Shown here piece by piece: positions 20,412-32,200 of a DNA stretch of 64,000 nucleotides. A program made the translations under genes and the position numbers. How positions within the stretch are numbered: the stretch's first letter is position 1; the number at the start of each line of letters is the position of its first letter. Source of the DNA: Caecitellus pseudoparvulus (Eukaryota > Protista > Bigyra: Bicosoecida); contig CBFFRQ010000026.1 in assembly GCA_965644315.1 (NCBI GenBank), positions 1-64,000 of the forward strand, written 5' to 3'. The notes under the pieces were generated by a model. It was not told where the DNA came from, did not search any database, and saw only the letters and a program-made list of their open reading frames with translations.

Positions 20412-22710
20412 TCAATCCACCTCATCAAGACGGACACAGTGTGCACCGGCACAAGCACCAGCTGCCGTAGCAGCGCGGCGTTGCGTGCCATCTGCCGCCT
20501 CCCCGGCTCTTCCACGATCAGTCGTCGGAATGAAATCTAACTTACACTTCAGCGCCGCATGCTTGGCTTCGTAGAGCTCCTTTTGACCGGAGTGGTTGGC
20601 ATCCAGCCACGCGGCAGCCTCGGCGACCACTTCGCTGGCAGCCCTCTTCTCCTCCTCTGACAGCAGGCCTGCGGCATGCTCGTCCTTGAGGACGCTCTTG
20701 ACCGAGACAACATAAAGCTCCAAGGCGGTCTTAGCCTCAATGCGGCGCTTTGCACGTGCATCTTTAGCCCTGAGTCTGCCAGCCGTGGACACCAGCGCTT
20801 TCAGCGTGTCCGGGGGTACGCAGTTCACGAAAGGCCTTATGACCGTTCTATGCTCTCGACCACCCCTCTTCTCAACAGCAGACACGTGCAGTATGCCATT
20901 TGTGCTGATGTCGAAGGTGATCTCAATCTGAGGCACGCCTTTTGGCATCGGAGGGATTCCATCAAGCCGAAGCTGTCCAAGAAACAGGTTGTCCTTCACC
21001 ATGGAACTGTCACCTTCAAACACGTTGACTTGCACGCTTGTTTGGTTATCAGAGTATGTGGTGATGGTTTGAGACTTTATGGCTGGCACGGTGGTGTTGC
21101 GGGGGATGATGGTCTCCATGGCACCTCCAGGAAATGAGACACCCAGGGCCATTGGGGTAACCGAGAGATCCAATATTTCATCCAGCTTGCCCCCCTTGTC
21201 AGCATTGGTGAGGATGGCAGCTGTCACAGAGGCACCGAATGCGACAGCCTCATCGGGGTTGACGCTGGTGCAGACGTCTTTGCTGAAGTAGGCTGTGAGC
21301 ATGGACCGGATGCGGGGGATGCGGGTGGAGCCGCCGACCAGCACGACCTCATGCACGTTGGACTTGGAGATCCCGGAGATTCCCAGCACTTCAGTCACAG
21401 GGCCGATTAGTTTGCTGAAGTCGGCGCTGCACAGCTCCTCAAAGAGTTCCCGGGTGATGATGGTGGAGTAGTCCAGTCCATCGAACAGGCTGTCGATCTC
21501 GATGATGGCGTGTTGCGAGGTGGACAGGCTGCGCTTGGCACGCTCGCAAGCAGTGCGCAGGCGAGACCTGGCCCTGGCTGAAGTGCTTGGGTCTCTGGCA
21601 GGATGCTTGCGCTTGAAGTCGGTGATGCAGTAGTCAATCAGGCGGTTGTCAAAGTCGACACCGCCCAGGTGAGTGTCCCCCGCGGTGGCCTTGACATCAA
21701 AGATGCCGTCCTCCATGGTCAGCAGGGACACACTCAAGTTGCCGCCACCCATGTCGAAGACGAGCACGTTCTTCTCGCCGTCGGTCATGTCCAGGCCATA
21801 CGTGATGGCGGCAGCCAGGGGCTCGTCGACGATGCGCAAGATGTACAGGCCGGAGATAACAGCGGAGTCCCTGATTGCCTGTCGCTGGCTCATATTGAAT
21901 CTAGCAGGCACTGCTATGACAGCGTTAGTCACCTTCATGTCCAGGTAAGCCTCTGCCACCTCCTTCATCTTGTCAAGGACCATGGCACAGATCTCCTCTG
22001 CATGGAAACGCTTGGTCTCACCGTTGTACGCCACCTGGACAAGCGGCTTGTCGCCTGGGCCCTCGACAAGACTGAAAGGCCAGTACTTGGCATCAGCCTG
22101 AACATCAGGGTCGGAGAACTTCCGGCCGATGAGGCGCTTTGCGTTGAACACTGTGTTGGTGGGGTTTATGGCCATGTGGTGCCTGGCAGCGTCGCCGAAC
22201 TGGCGCCCGCAGTCGGTGAAGGCCACATAGGAAGGTGTAGTGCGACATCCATGTCTGTGAGGAGGCGAGAGGACGGTGGAAGGTGATGCCGCCATGAGCC
22301 TGAAACTGGACCTTGGCCAGCGGCTGGGCTTCCGCCGCTGAGGTTGACCCAAGCCGAATGCTGTCCGTGCCCTGCATCCACGCACTCGTTGGCGATGATG
22401 TGCACAGTGTCTTGCTGCCACACACCAACACAAGAGGAAGAGGTGCCTGTGGGCGCGAAAGCATCGCAGGGTGCGGCGTAACTTCCCAGCAGCACTTGCG
22501 AGTGGGATCAAGGGAGCCACCACGCCAAAGTAATGCCGCACGCTGAACGAACCAAAGTCGATGCCGATGGCAGCTCCCCACTCCTGTGTATGAAAGGAGT
22601 GCAAATTGGAATCGATGAGCAGGTCTGTCACCGCGTTGGCGGGCTGCAAGCTGGTCGGGGCCGCAACGGCAAGTGCTGGTGTTACGCACCTCACGCGCAG
22701 CTGCAGCCAT
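20412..22710 (-). CDS. HSP70: Divergent cytosolic-type Hsp70; exons 22710-22690, 22583-22553, 22446-22386, 22254-20412
   Basis: Spliced product gives AIGIDFGTSSSCVGVWQ..IIANEHGCRTTPSYVAFTD, followed by AKRLIGRKF, TAGDTHLGGVDFDNRL, VVLVGGSTRIP, NPDEAVAFGA and GVPQIEITFDI. The C-terminus is LDEVD. Confidence 0.92.
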
Positions 22711-23299
22711 GGAGCTGGCCTTGTCTAGCTGCTCTGTCTCTCCTGCGAAGAAGGTAAGACGTGGCTTCTGTGGCGAGGACAGTAACTTCTTAACTTGCCC
22801 TTGCCATTTGGTGAGTGCCTTGTGCACAAGAGTTTTGATTTGCTTCGCGAGGTGCGATTGCAAGAAGCCAGTTCATATGCATATAAGGGACCAAACCTCG
22901 CCCACCAACACCCACAAGACGCCTCCACACCCGTGCTCAACTTTCACGCAGAAGTGCATGCATCTTGCCAGGCAAGCTGAATGGGCGCTTTTGTCGTCGG
23001 GCTTTGCCGGAGCGAGGAATTCATTGCAAGTGCTGGTCACAGATGAGCGTGAAAAAGAGCCTGGCTCTGCATCGTCTCCTATCATGTCCCCCTTTGCGCC
23101 ACTTTCTCAGACACAACACGCCTTCACGCTCTTGCGAATACTTGCTGTGCCTCATCCCGTCACGGTACACAGCGGCAGCCTTGCAGCGCTACGCACTTCA
23201 ACAGACATAGCACTCTGAGCATGGAAAGGAGAAGAATCGCGCGTGCATTTCAGGTGCTGCGCCACCGAAGGCTCCAACCACCACTCTGGCAGTGCGCGC

Positions 23300-26200
23300 T
23301 CACGAATCCAAGGACAGGAGCAACGCAGTGCCTCGCAGCGTCCAGAAGTCTGGACCCTTTGGCCCCGCGTCCAGCGTAACGAGGCGCATAAATGACGGGC
23401 GCTCCCGCGTGCCGGTGCGGATGGGGTAGTAGTACAGGGGGCAGGCGTACTGGTTGGCTTTGCGCTTGCGTTTCCCGCCGGAGGCGGCCCGGTTCACAGG
23501 CTTGAAGTGCACGATGGGCATGGGCGCGAAGAGGTCCATGGGCTGCGGCTCCGCGAGCGCCCCGACGTCGTCGTCCCACTGGGCGCCTTCCAGGAACAGG
23601 CCGCGCACGAAGGCGCCGTCGTCGGGGTGGCGCTGGATGCTCTCGGCTCTGTCCCCAAAGATGGGGAACTCGAAGTCCAGGTTGTTCACCTCGTCACCCG
23701 CCTTACGCGCGGCAGTTTGCAGGAGGGCGGTGAAGAAGGAGGTGGGGTAGGTGAAGCCGGAAAGCCAGAAGACGCGGGGCAGCTCGCGGGTGCCCCACGC
23801 GGCCATTTGTTCGCAGCGCGAGATGAGGTCGCGCACCCAGGCGCCGAGGGGCTTGAGGCTTGGGTAGCAGAAGCCCCAGGCCTTGGGCACTGCGCCGGCG
23901 AGGATGGCGTCGAAGACTTCCTCCAGCTCTGGCGTGATGACGACGCGCCCAGCAATGCCGTCTTGCAGGTCGGCCAGGGTGCTGCGCACGCGGTGCAGGA
24001 GGCCCTGGTACCGCGCCAGTTCCTGCAGGAGGACGGTCTTGAGGGGGGCGGGGTCTGAGCGGCCTTCGAGGCCCCGTGCCAGCTCCCGCAGGTCAAAGGG
24101 CGGGGGCAGGGAGGCGGCCATGTCCTCTGCCACTGCCAGCACTTGCACCTCAGGGGGGGTGGTGTCCTTGGACACCTCGCGGGGCTGCAGGGACAGGACA
24201 GTGGACAGGAGGGCCTGCGTGTCCTGGATGGCGCTGGTGATGTCTGCGTTGGGGTGCTGTCCGAAGACCTCTGGCGGGTCGGCGCCGCCCCAGGTGTCGA
24301 TGTGGGCGATGTAGGCGGCGAGGTCCCCTGCGTCAGGCAGAAAGTACTCTGACGTGGCGCGGCCGGGCGTGGGGGACAGCGGGTAGTGCGGGCGGGAGAG
24401 CACCTCCGGGTTGAAGAACTTGTTGATGTACACGTTGCAGAGGCGGCGGTCCATGTCGTCGGTGATGCGCCCGCCGTAGTTGGCCTCCGCGATGAGGTAG
24501 CGCAGGGCGTCCCAGGGGGTGGCGTCGGGGTACCGCTCCAGGTACCGCACGAGGATGTCGTTGCAGATGGCGTAGTCGGAGTTGTTGAAGTCGTAGGGGA
24601 TGTTCCAGCCCAGGGACTTGAACTTGCGGCGTTCCAGGAGGATGGCGTGGAACCACGTGAGCATGAAGAGCAGGTTCTTGTAGCGGTCCCCCGGCGTGCG
24701 GCGAGCGGCCGCCTCGAACTCCTCCTCGTTCAGCGTGTTGTACATGCGCTTCATGTTGGCGGCCAGGCCGCGCGGCGGCTGCAGGGTGATCTTGGTGCTG
24801 CGCTGCAAGATGGAGATGGGGAACTTGGGGTGGGGCGCCGAGGACAGCCAGAGGCGGAAGCCGTCCGCAGGGCTGCCCTCCCCCACCGCCGTGCAGTACT
24901 CCTCAATGATCTTCTCCAGGCGGGGCATCCAGGAGATGGACAGGTGGCAGTTCTGCAGCAGCACCCAGCTGCCGGTGGCCAGCCCTTGGCGGATGAGGGC
25001 TTCCGCCACAACGTCCTGCCCCTGCCCCAGGGAGCAGGATGCCAGGTCGCCCGACACGAGACCCTCAGCAGACAGGCGTTCGTGCAGGGACACCACCTGG
25101 GAGGTGGGGTCTGTCCCCGGCGACAGGACGAACACCAGGGGCATGTACTCGGAGGCGTCCCGCTCCACGTCAGCCAGCTTCAGCGGCGGCGGGCGCGTGA
25201 ACTCGGGGCCCAGGTTGGTGCTGATGTAGTCGTTGACGGCGAGCAGGACGCGGTCAGGGCGCAGGGCGCGCACGAGGATGAGGCGCTGCAGCTCGCTGAG
25301 CTTGCTGTCCCAGTCGCGGGGCAGGGGCGCTGACTCGGGGGCGGGGTCCGCCCACCACTCCCGCCAGCTGCGGTCGTCCTGTTCAAAGTCCGAGACGATG
25401 CCTGAGAAGGCGTCCACGGTGGTGTCCAGGACGTTGATGCTGTCCCAGGCGGCGGGGTTCTTGAGCCAGGCGGCGGGGTTGGGCCGCTGCCCCGCCCGGT
25501 CCAGCACGACGCCGCCCTTCAGGAAGAGGTCCCACTCCGCCTTGGGCACCTTGCCGGCGGCCTGCAGCTTGCGCACGCAGATTTGCAGGCTGAGCAGGGT
25601 CTTGTGCTCCTCGAACAGGCCCAGGCAGGCCCACTTGTACACGGCCAGGGTGTGGTGGGCGTTGATGAGGTCGATGCGGCGGGCCAGCTCCGCCTCGGGG
25701 GCCAGGGGCTTGCTGGCGGCGGACAGCTTCTCCTTCTCGCAGCGGTCCTGCACCTCCTTGATGGAGGACTGGAAGAGGGTGGAGTAGGCGGCCAGGGAGA
25801 ACTGGTACATGGGGTCCACGGCGCCCAAGTCGTTGAGGACGAAGTACAGCAGGGCGGCGCGCTGGGAGACGGGGCGGAAGGCCTGGCGCGCCTGCTCGAT
25901 GCGCACGTCCTTCTCCTCGCTGATGGCCAGCTGGGCCGTGACGTCGGCGGAGGTGGTCTGGCTGGCCTGCAGCGTCTCCATGATGGCGTCGTTCTCGATG
26001 AGGCTGCCCGTCACCGTCTGCAGCTCGCTGAGGATCTTGTCCTCCAGCTCCACCAGCAGGGACTTGCCTGCCGCGACGGCCTTGACCAGGGCGTCCTTCT
26101 CCGTCTCCAGCTCTGGCTGCTCCAGCTGCACGACGAGGGACAGCATCTGGGCGTCCAGGCCCGCCTCCTTCACGGCGAAGTTAACGATGGCCACCTTGGT

Positions 26201-29200
26201 GCTGACCTCCGGCGTGTAGTGCGGGTTGGCCATCTTGGTGGTGAGGTAGAAGCGGAAGTCGTCCGAGTAGTCCAGCTCCTTGTCCCCCACCTTGATGGTC
26301 TTGCGCACGCCCCGGGTGATGATGGACTTCGCCAGCACCGGCTCCAGGGCGGGGTCCAGGTCCACCTCCACGTCCTGCAGCAGGTACGGCGTGCCGTACA
26401 CGATGCTCTTTTCCAGCAGCTGCAGGAAGTTCTTGCTCTTCAGGTCCGTCACCTTCAGGCCGCGGTCGCCCTCCATGTTCTTGATCCACTTGTTGGCCTG
26501 GCCCTGGGGGTCCACCATGAGCGGCCACCGGCGCCCCCGCGTGACGATGACGCCGTTCTCTGTGGAAAAGGTGTCGGCCGGCAGGCCCTGGATCTTCCAC
26601 GCCTGCACGTCCGTGGGGCGCGCCAGGAAGGTGGAGAAGTCGAAGTGGGGGGAGCCGGGGATGGAGTTCTCCACCACCGCCGCCGCCCACCCCGCCACCA
26701 TGCGCTCACGGTACACCGTGTCGAAGGGCCCCGCGTACGAGGTGAAGGCGGCCGCCAGCAAGACGTCCCCCGGCAGGGAGGACATGTTGCCCTCGAAGCC
26801 AGCGATGGCGGCCTCCCACCGCTCCTTCTCGCCCGCCAGGCCGTCCACGAGGGCCGTGGCGCGGTCCAGACTGGCGGTCAGCCGCGCCTCCTTCTCCTTC
26901 AGGGAGTTGCGCTTGCTCTCCGCCTCCTCGTGCTGCGTATTGAGGGCGGCGAGGGCGTCGGTGACGGCCTTCAGCGTGGCCTCCGCCTCTGCCAGCATGG
27001 CCTCCTTCTTGCGCAGGGTGGCCATGGCGTCGGCGGCGGCGCGGCGCTTGGGCTCTACCTCTGCGAAGGTGTCGGCGAAGGTGTCGATGGCGATGACCCA
27101 GGTGCACAGGGCGGCAGCCGCGCGGGACTGGCCCTGCACGACCTCTGGCACGAAGGAGGGGTCGGCGATGAACACCTTGACCTTCTTGTGGATCTTGGCC
27201 TTCAGGTGCTCCTTGTCGAAGGTCTTGATCTGGGACAGGAAGTCCGCCTCGGACAGCTTCTTCTTGGCGTGGGCCCAGTCCGTGGGCAGCCCGAACAGCG
27301 TCTGCACCGCGGCCATCACGCGCTCCACCATGAGGGGGGGGTTGGTGTACCGCTTCACCTCCGCGACGTCGCCGCCCGACAGCTCGTCCACCTTGCGCAT
27401 GGCCAGTTCCAGCTTGGGCATGGCCTCGTTCAGGTCCGCCTCCGCCTCCTCTGCGATGGAGGTGGCGATGGTGGCTTCGTGGGAGATGCGCTCCCGCTCC
27501 GCCTCCACCTCGGCCGCCTTGTCGTCTGCCACGCGCTTGTCCTGCACGATGCGCAGCAGCAGCTTGTCGCAGTCGGCAGACGCCTCCGCCACGGCGTCCT
27601 TCGTCACGTTCAGCTCCACAGACTTCTCCGCCACTTCCTCCCGCGCCGCGTCCAGCTTGGCCAGGCCTGACGCCAGCTTGTCCCGCTGTGCGCCCAGCGC
27701 GGCACGCTTCTCAGCCAGCAGCTCCCGGTACCCCTTCACCAGCTCCAGGTAGTTCGTGGGCGTGACGTAGTTGTACCGCTTCAGCTCCAGTTCCATGCGC
27801 GCAGATGCCGTTACGACGCTGCTGTGCACTGTGGCGAAGGTCTGTGCCACGGCGCTGCGCATGGACGCCTCGGCAGCACCCGCTTTGTCCCCTGCGCCCG
27901 AAGCGGCGGCGGCGGCGTCTGCGCTGCCCTCTGCCTTGGTCAGGCTGACGTTCTCCAGGAAGCGCTCGGCGACTTCTGTGAGGGCGGCCTCTGGCCACTT
28001 GTGGAACCAGTCCATGGTGGTGCTGGAGACCAGGGAGGGGTATTGCCGCGTGCGGTCCCGGAAGCCGTCGCCGACGGGGGACATGGCCAGCACCACGTGC
28101 AGGTTGGCCCGGACCCGGGCGATGAACCACCGCCACAGCTGGTCGGGGACATCCTCCACCTCCTCCCGGTCGGGGGCGTCTTTCAACGCCTCCCGGATGC
28201 TGTCCAGGAGGGCCCCCATCTCGTCCGCCAGGTACAGGTTGGGCACCTCCCCTGACGAGAGGATGTTGTTGATGTCCTCCAGGAAGCTCTCCTCCTTCAG
28301 CTGGGTGTCGGAGAACAGGAACACGGTGGGCTTGTTTTCCAGGCCCGCCTTGGCGTACAGCGCCTTGAGGTCCTCCCGGAAGTTCGCCATGCCGTACTGC
28401 TTCGTGATCTCGATGCTGAAGACGGCCATCTCCCCGGCGGCGTAGGCAGCCAAGCGCGTGAGGCTCTGGCGGCCGCTGCCCCCCACGCCGATGAGCAGGG
28501 CGTTGCCACGGGGCGTCGTCACGATGCGGTGGATGCGCAGGACGTGCCGGAGGGCGTCCCGGAACAGCACCAGCTCCATGGGCAGGCGCCGGGCGTCTTC
28601 GTTGTACTCCCACAGCGCCTCCTCCAGGTGCCGCCGCACGGCGTCCACATCCGTCACCTCCGTGTACACCTCGCCCTCCGTCAGGACGTCCGTGACGATG
28701 GGCCCCGCAGCGGGGTCCTCACACACCTCCATGAGCTGCTCGTAGTACACGCCGAACACCTTGCTGAGCTGGGCGTCCAGGGTGGCGCGGAAGCGCTCCT
28801 GGTCGGCCGTGTTCGTGAAGCGGTCTGCGAACACGCGCAGGCACTCGTGCACCCACACCCGCTGCATCTTGTCGGCGGCGTCGGTCTTGGCGGGGTCCGC
28901 CCGGATGACGCCCTGCACGACCTTGCTCACGTCCCGCATGTTGAAGAGGTAGTGCGCCTTGGTGGGCGTGGGCAGGAAGGCGCCGAGCACGGAGTGGTAC
29001 ACCGCCACCGTCGCCGCGACGAGGTTGCCCCCCATGCTGCGCACTTCATCCTCGAAGTCTGCCAGGCCAGGCGTGATGAGGGCGTCGAAGATGCCCCGCA
29101 TGCCCTTCTCCGACGGCGGCGTGAAGTGCAGCATGTGGAAGCGGGACTGGAAGCGGTCCGAGATGGGCATGCGGCCGCCGCCGGGTGGGCCCATGGCCGC

Positions 29201-32200
29201 CACCATCTGCATGTCCAGGATGTACCGCCAGCTCTGCTTGGCGCGGTCGTACCAGCCGCCGTAGTCCATCCACTGCCGCAGCAGCTCCAGGGGCGGCTGG
29301 GACCCGAAGGCGTCCTTGCGGGGCATGTTCAGGTCGTCCACGAACGCCAGCATCTTGCGGCCGCCGGGTGGGCCCATCTTGTCCTTGGCGCGCTTCTCCA
29401 TGCCGCCCTCCACGATGCTCTGCACGATGTTGGAGGTGGTGGCGGCAGAGAAATTCAGCACCAGGTGGCTGTACTGCTCGCGGGGCAGCCCATCCATGAG
29501 GGTGGACACCAGGGCGGTCTTGCCGGTGCCCGTGCCACCCACCAGCAGCGCGGCGCGCTCGGCAGTCACCAGCTGCTTCAGGACGAACCCCAGCCGCGTC
29601 GTGTCCACCGTCGGCACGATGAGCTTGGCGTAGGGCGTGCCTGGGGTGTACCGCAGGGGCGCCACGCGGTCCGTCCAGGGGCGGAAGTCCCGGGAGGTGG
29701 GGTCCAGGTAGTAGTCATACACGCTGCCGACGGCGGGGAACATCGGCTCCACCTCTCGCAGGGTGTCGTTCACGGTGCGGCGCCCGCCCTCGTCGGCGGC
29801 GCCGCCGACAGTCCAGGTGAGGGCAAAGGCGAACCACTTCTCAGCGTAGGCGGGCCAGGCATCCCCGGCATGGGCCCGGGAGAAGCCGAACTCCTCTGCC
29901 TCGGCGATGGCCTCCAGGAAGTTGGCAAAGGCGATGATGGTGCTGAACTCCGAGGCAGGCACGAGCTCCGTGAGGGCGCCGGAGCTGCGCGCCGCCTGCA
30001 GGGGGGGCAGGTACTTCGCAAAGAGCGCCGCGAAGAGCTCCCTGTCGTCGCCCTCCCGCCCGAACATGCGGTTGAGCCAGGACTCGATGAAGGGCTGGGA
30101 GCCCAGGTCCACGACGTCCAGGTACACCATGCCGGCGCGGGAGACGGTGGCGGGGGAGGCCACCGCCAGGTCCCGCACCTCGAAGAGCAGGGACATGGAG
30201 GCGGACATGGAGATGCGGTCGCCGTTGATGAGGGTGAGGGTCTTGTTGTCGTCCATGACGGTGTTCATGCTCTCGATCCACAGAGTGTCCACGGGGCCGT
30301 CCAGCACCAGCCACTTCTCGTCGGGGCGGTCGTCCCGCGCGAACTCCCGGAACAGGTTGCTGAGGATGCCGTCCGTCCACTCCTGCGTGGCCAGGTCGTA
30401 CGCGCCGTACAGCTCGTTGAGGGAGATGGACTTGGGGTTGATGACGCGGGACTGCACGCGGTTGAAGCCCTCCACGCCGTCGGTGGCCAGGGCGGTGAAG
30501 GCGTCGGCCAACGTGCGCCAGGTGGTGCTCTTGCCGGACAGCGTCAGGCCCACCAGCATGTTGCAGTGGCGTGTGGACTTGGAGTCCCGCAGCTCGATGC
30601 ACTTCTTCATGATGGCCGGGTGCGCCTGCAGGCCGTGCTGGCTCAGGCTGTCCTTCAGCGCGACGGCCAGGGCGCCCGGGTCGTACTCAGGCAGCACCAG
30701 GTTCTGGAACAGGTCCGACAGCAGCAGCATGAAGAGCTCCTTGTCGGCCTTGATGAACTTAGGCACGTTCATGTCCCGAATGGCCTGCAGGGCAATGGAG
30801 AACTCGTCCCGCTCGGGCGCCGAGCGCTTGAGGGCGCCGGCCGCCACCAGCACTCCGCGCAGGGACCGCAGGCCAAAGTCGTAGTGGTCCTGCTTGCTCA
30901 GCTGCTGCGTCATGAGGCTGTACAGGGTGGTGGTCTTCTCTGCCAGGATGCCGGACTTGGTGAAGCCCTCCGACTGCAGCATGACCTCTGCGATGAGGGC
31001 GAGGTCGGGCACCATCATGGCCACGGGGCGGAAGAGGGACTTCAAGTTGTCGGGCAGCTCTGTGCGCCCCGCGTACCCCGGGTTCATAGTGATGAAGATG
31101 CCGCACTCGGGGCGCACCTGGATGACCTCCCCCATGAACTCCAGCGCCGCCTCCTGCCCGCCCGTCAGCTCGTACCGCGTGACGGCGTCCATGATGGACA
31201 TGACCTGCTGCGCGACGACGGACAGCACTTCGATGTCGATGCGGTTGAACTCGTCGAAGCAGCCCCAGCCGCCCGACTGCACGAGGCCGGAGAACATGCG
31301 CCCAACAGACTTGTAGTCCAGGCCGTCGGAGCAGTTGAACACGACGACGAACTTGGCCAGGTTCTTGCCCAGGTCCTTGACAGTCTCGGTCTTCCCCGTG
31401 CCAGCGGGGCCGGCGGGGGCGCCGCCGCGGTGCAGGGCCAGGGCGGTGGTGAGGGTCAGCACACACCGGTCCGTGAGGGGCGTCACGACCAGACGGCCGT
31501 TGTTGCCCTGGTACTCGTACCCGAACTTCAAGTCGGCGTTGGTCTGCTGCGCGCGGCAGATGCCGTACTTGGCGTCGGGGTGGTCGGGCGGCACCTCCTC
31601 CGACTTGCTGTACACCAGGCGCAGCTGGGAGATCCACAGGAAGTCGTCCACGGAGCGCACCTTGGCGCGGCGCAGGCGGTCCATGACGTCGCGGGAGTGC
31701 AGCTCCATGGTGATGAGGGCGACGATCTTCTTGCGCACGACGGGGTTCAGGTGCTGCCGCACGATGGAGGCCAGCAGCGTCAAGTACTTGTGCTGGGAGT
31801 GCACGAGGCGGCGAAGGGCCTTGGCGTTGCCGGCGCCCGCCGCCTGCAGCTGCGTGATGCAGTTGCGCGTGAAGAAGACAATGCCGGTGGTGATGAGGAG
31901 CTGCCCGGGGTAGTCCCGGATCCAGCCCAGGATGGAGCGCTCCCGCTCCGCCGCCGACACGCTGACGGCGTCCTTGTACGCGTAGATGGTCTGGCACAGC
32001 GCCTGCTGCAGCGTCACACGCATCATGGCCTCCACGGCGTTCATCCAGTGCTCCACGGCGCCCTCCAGCGGCACGGCACTCTCCAGGGGCACAACCTCGC
32101 CATCAGGCGCAGACATGGCAGTGGCTTCGTGGTGGCGGTTGGAGCGCATGTCGTTCTTGCCGGGGTCCACGAGGGTGAGGGCCTTGATGCCCATGAAGCA

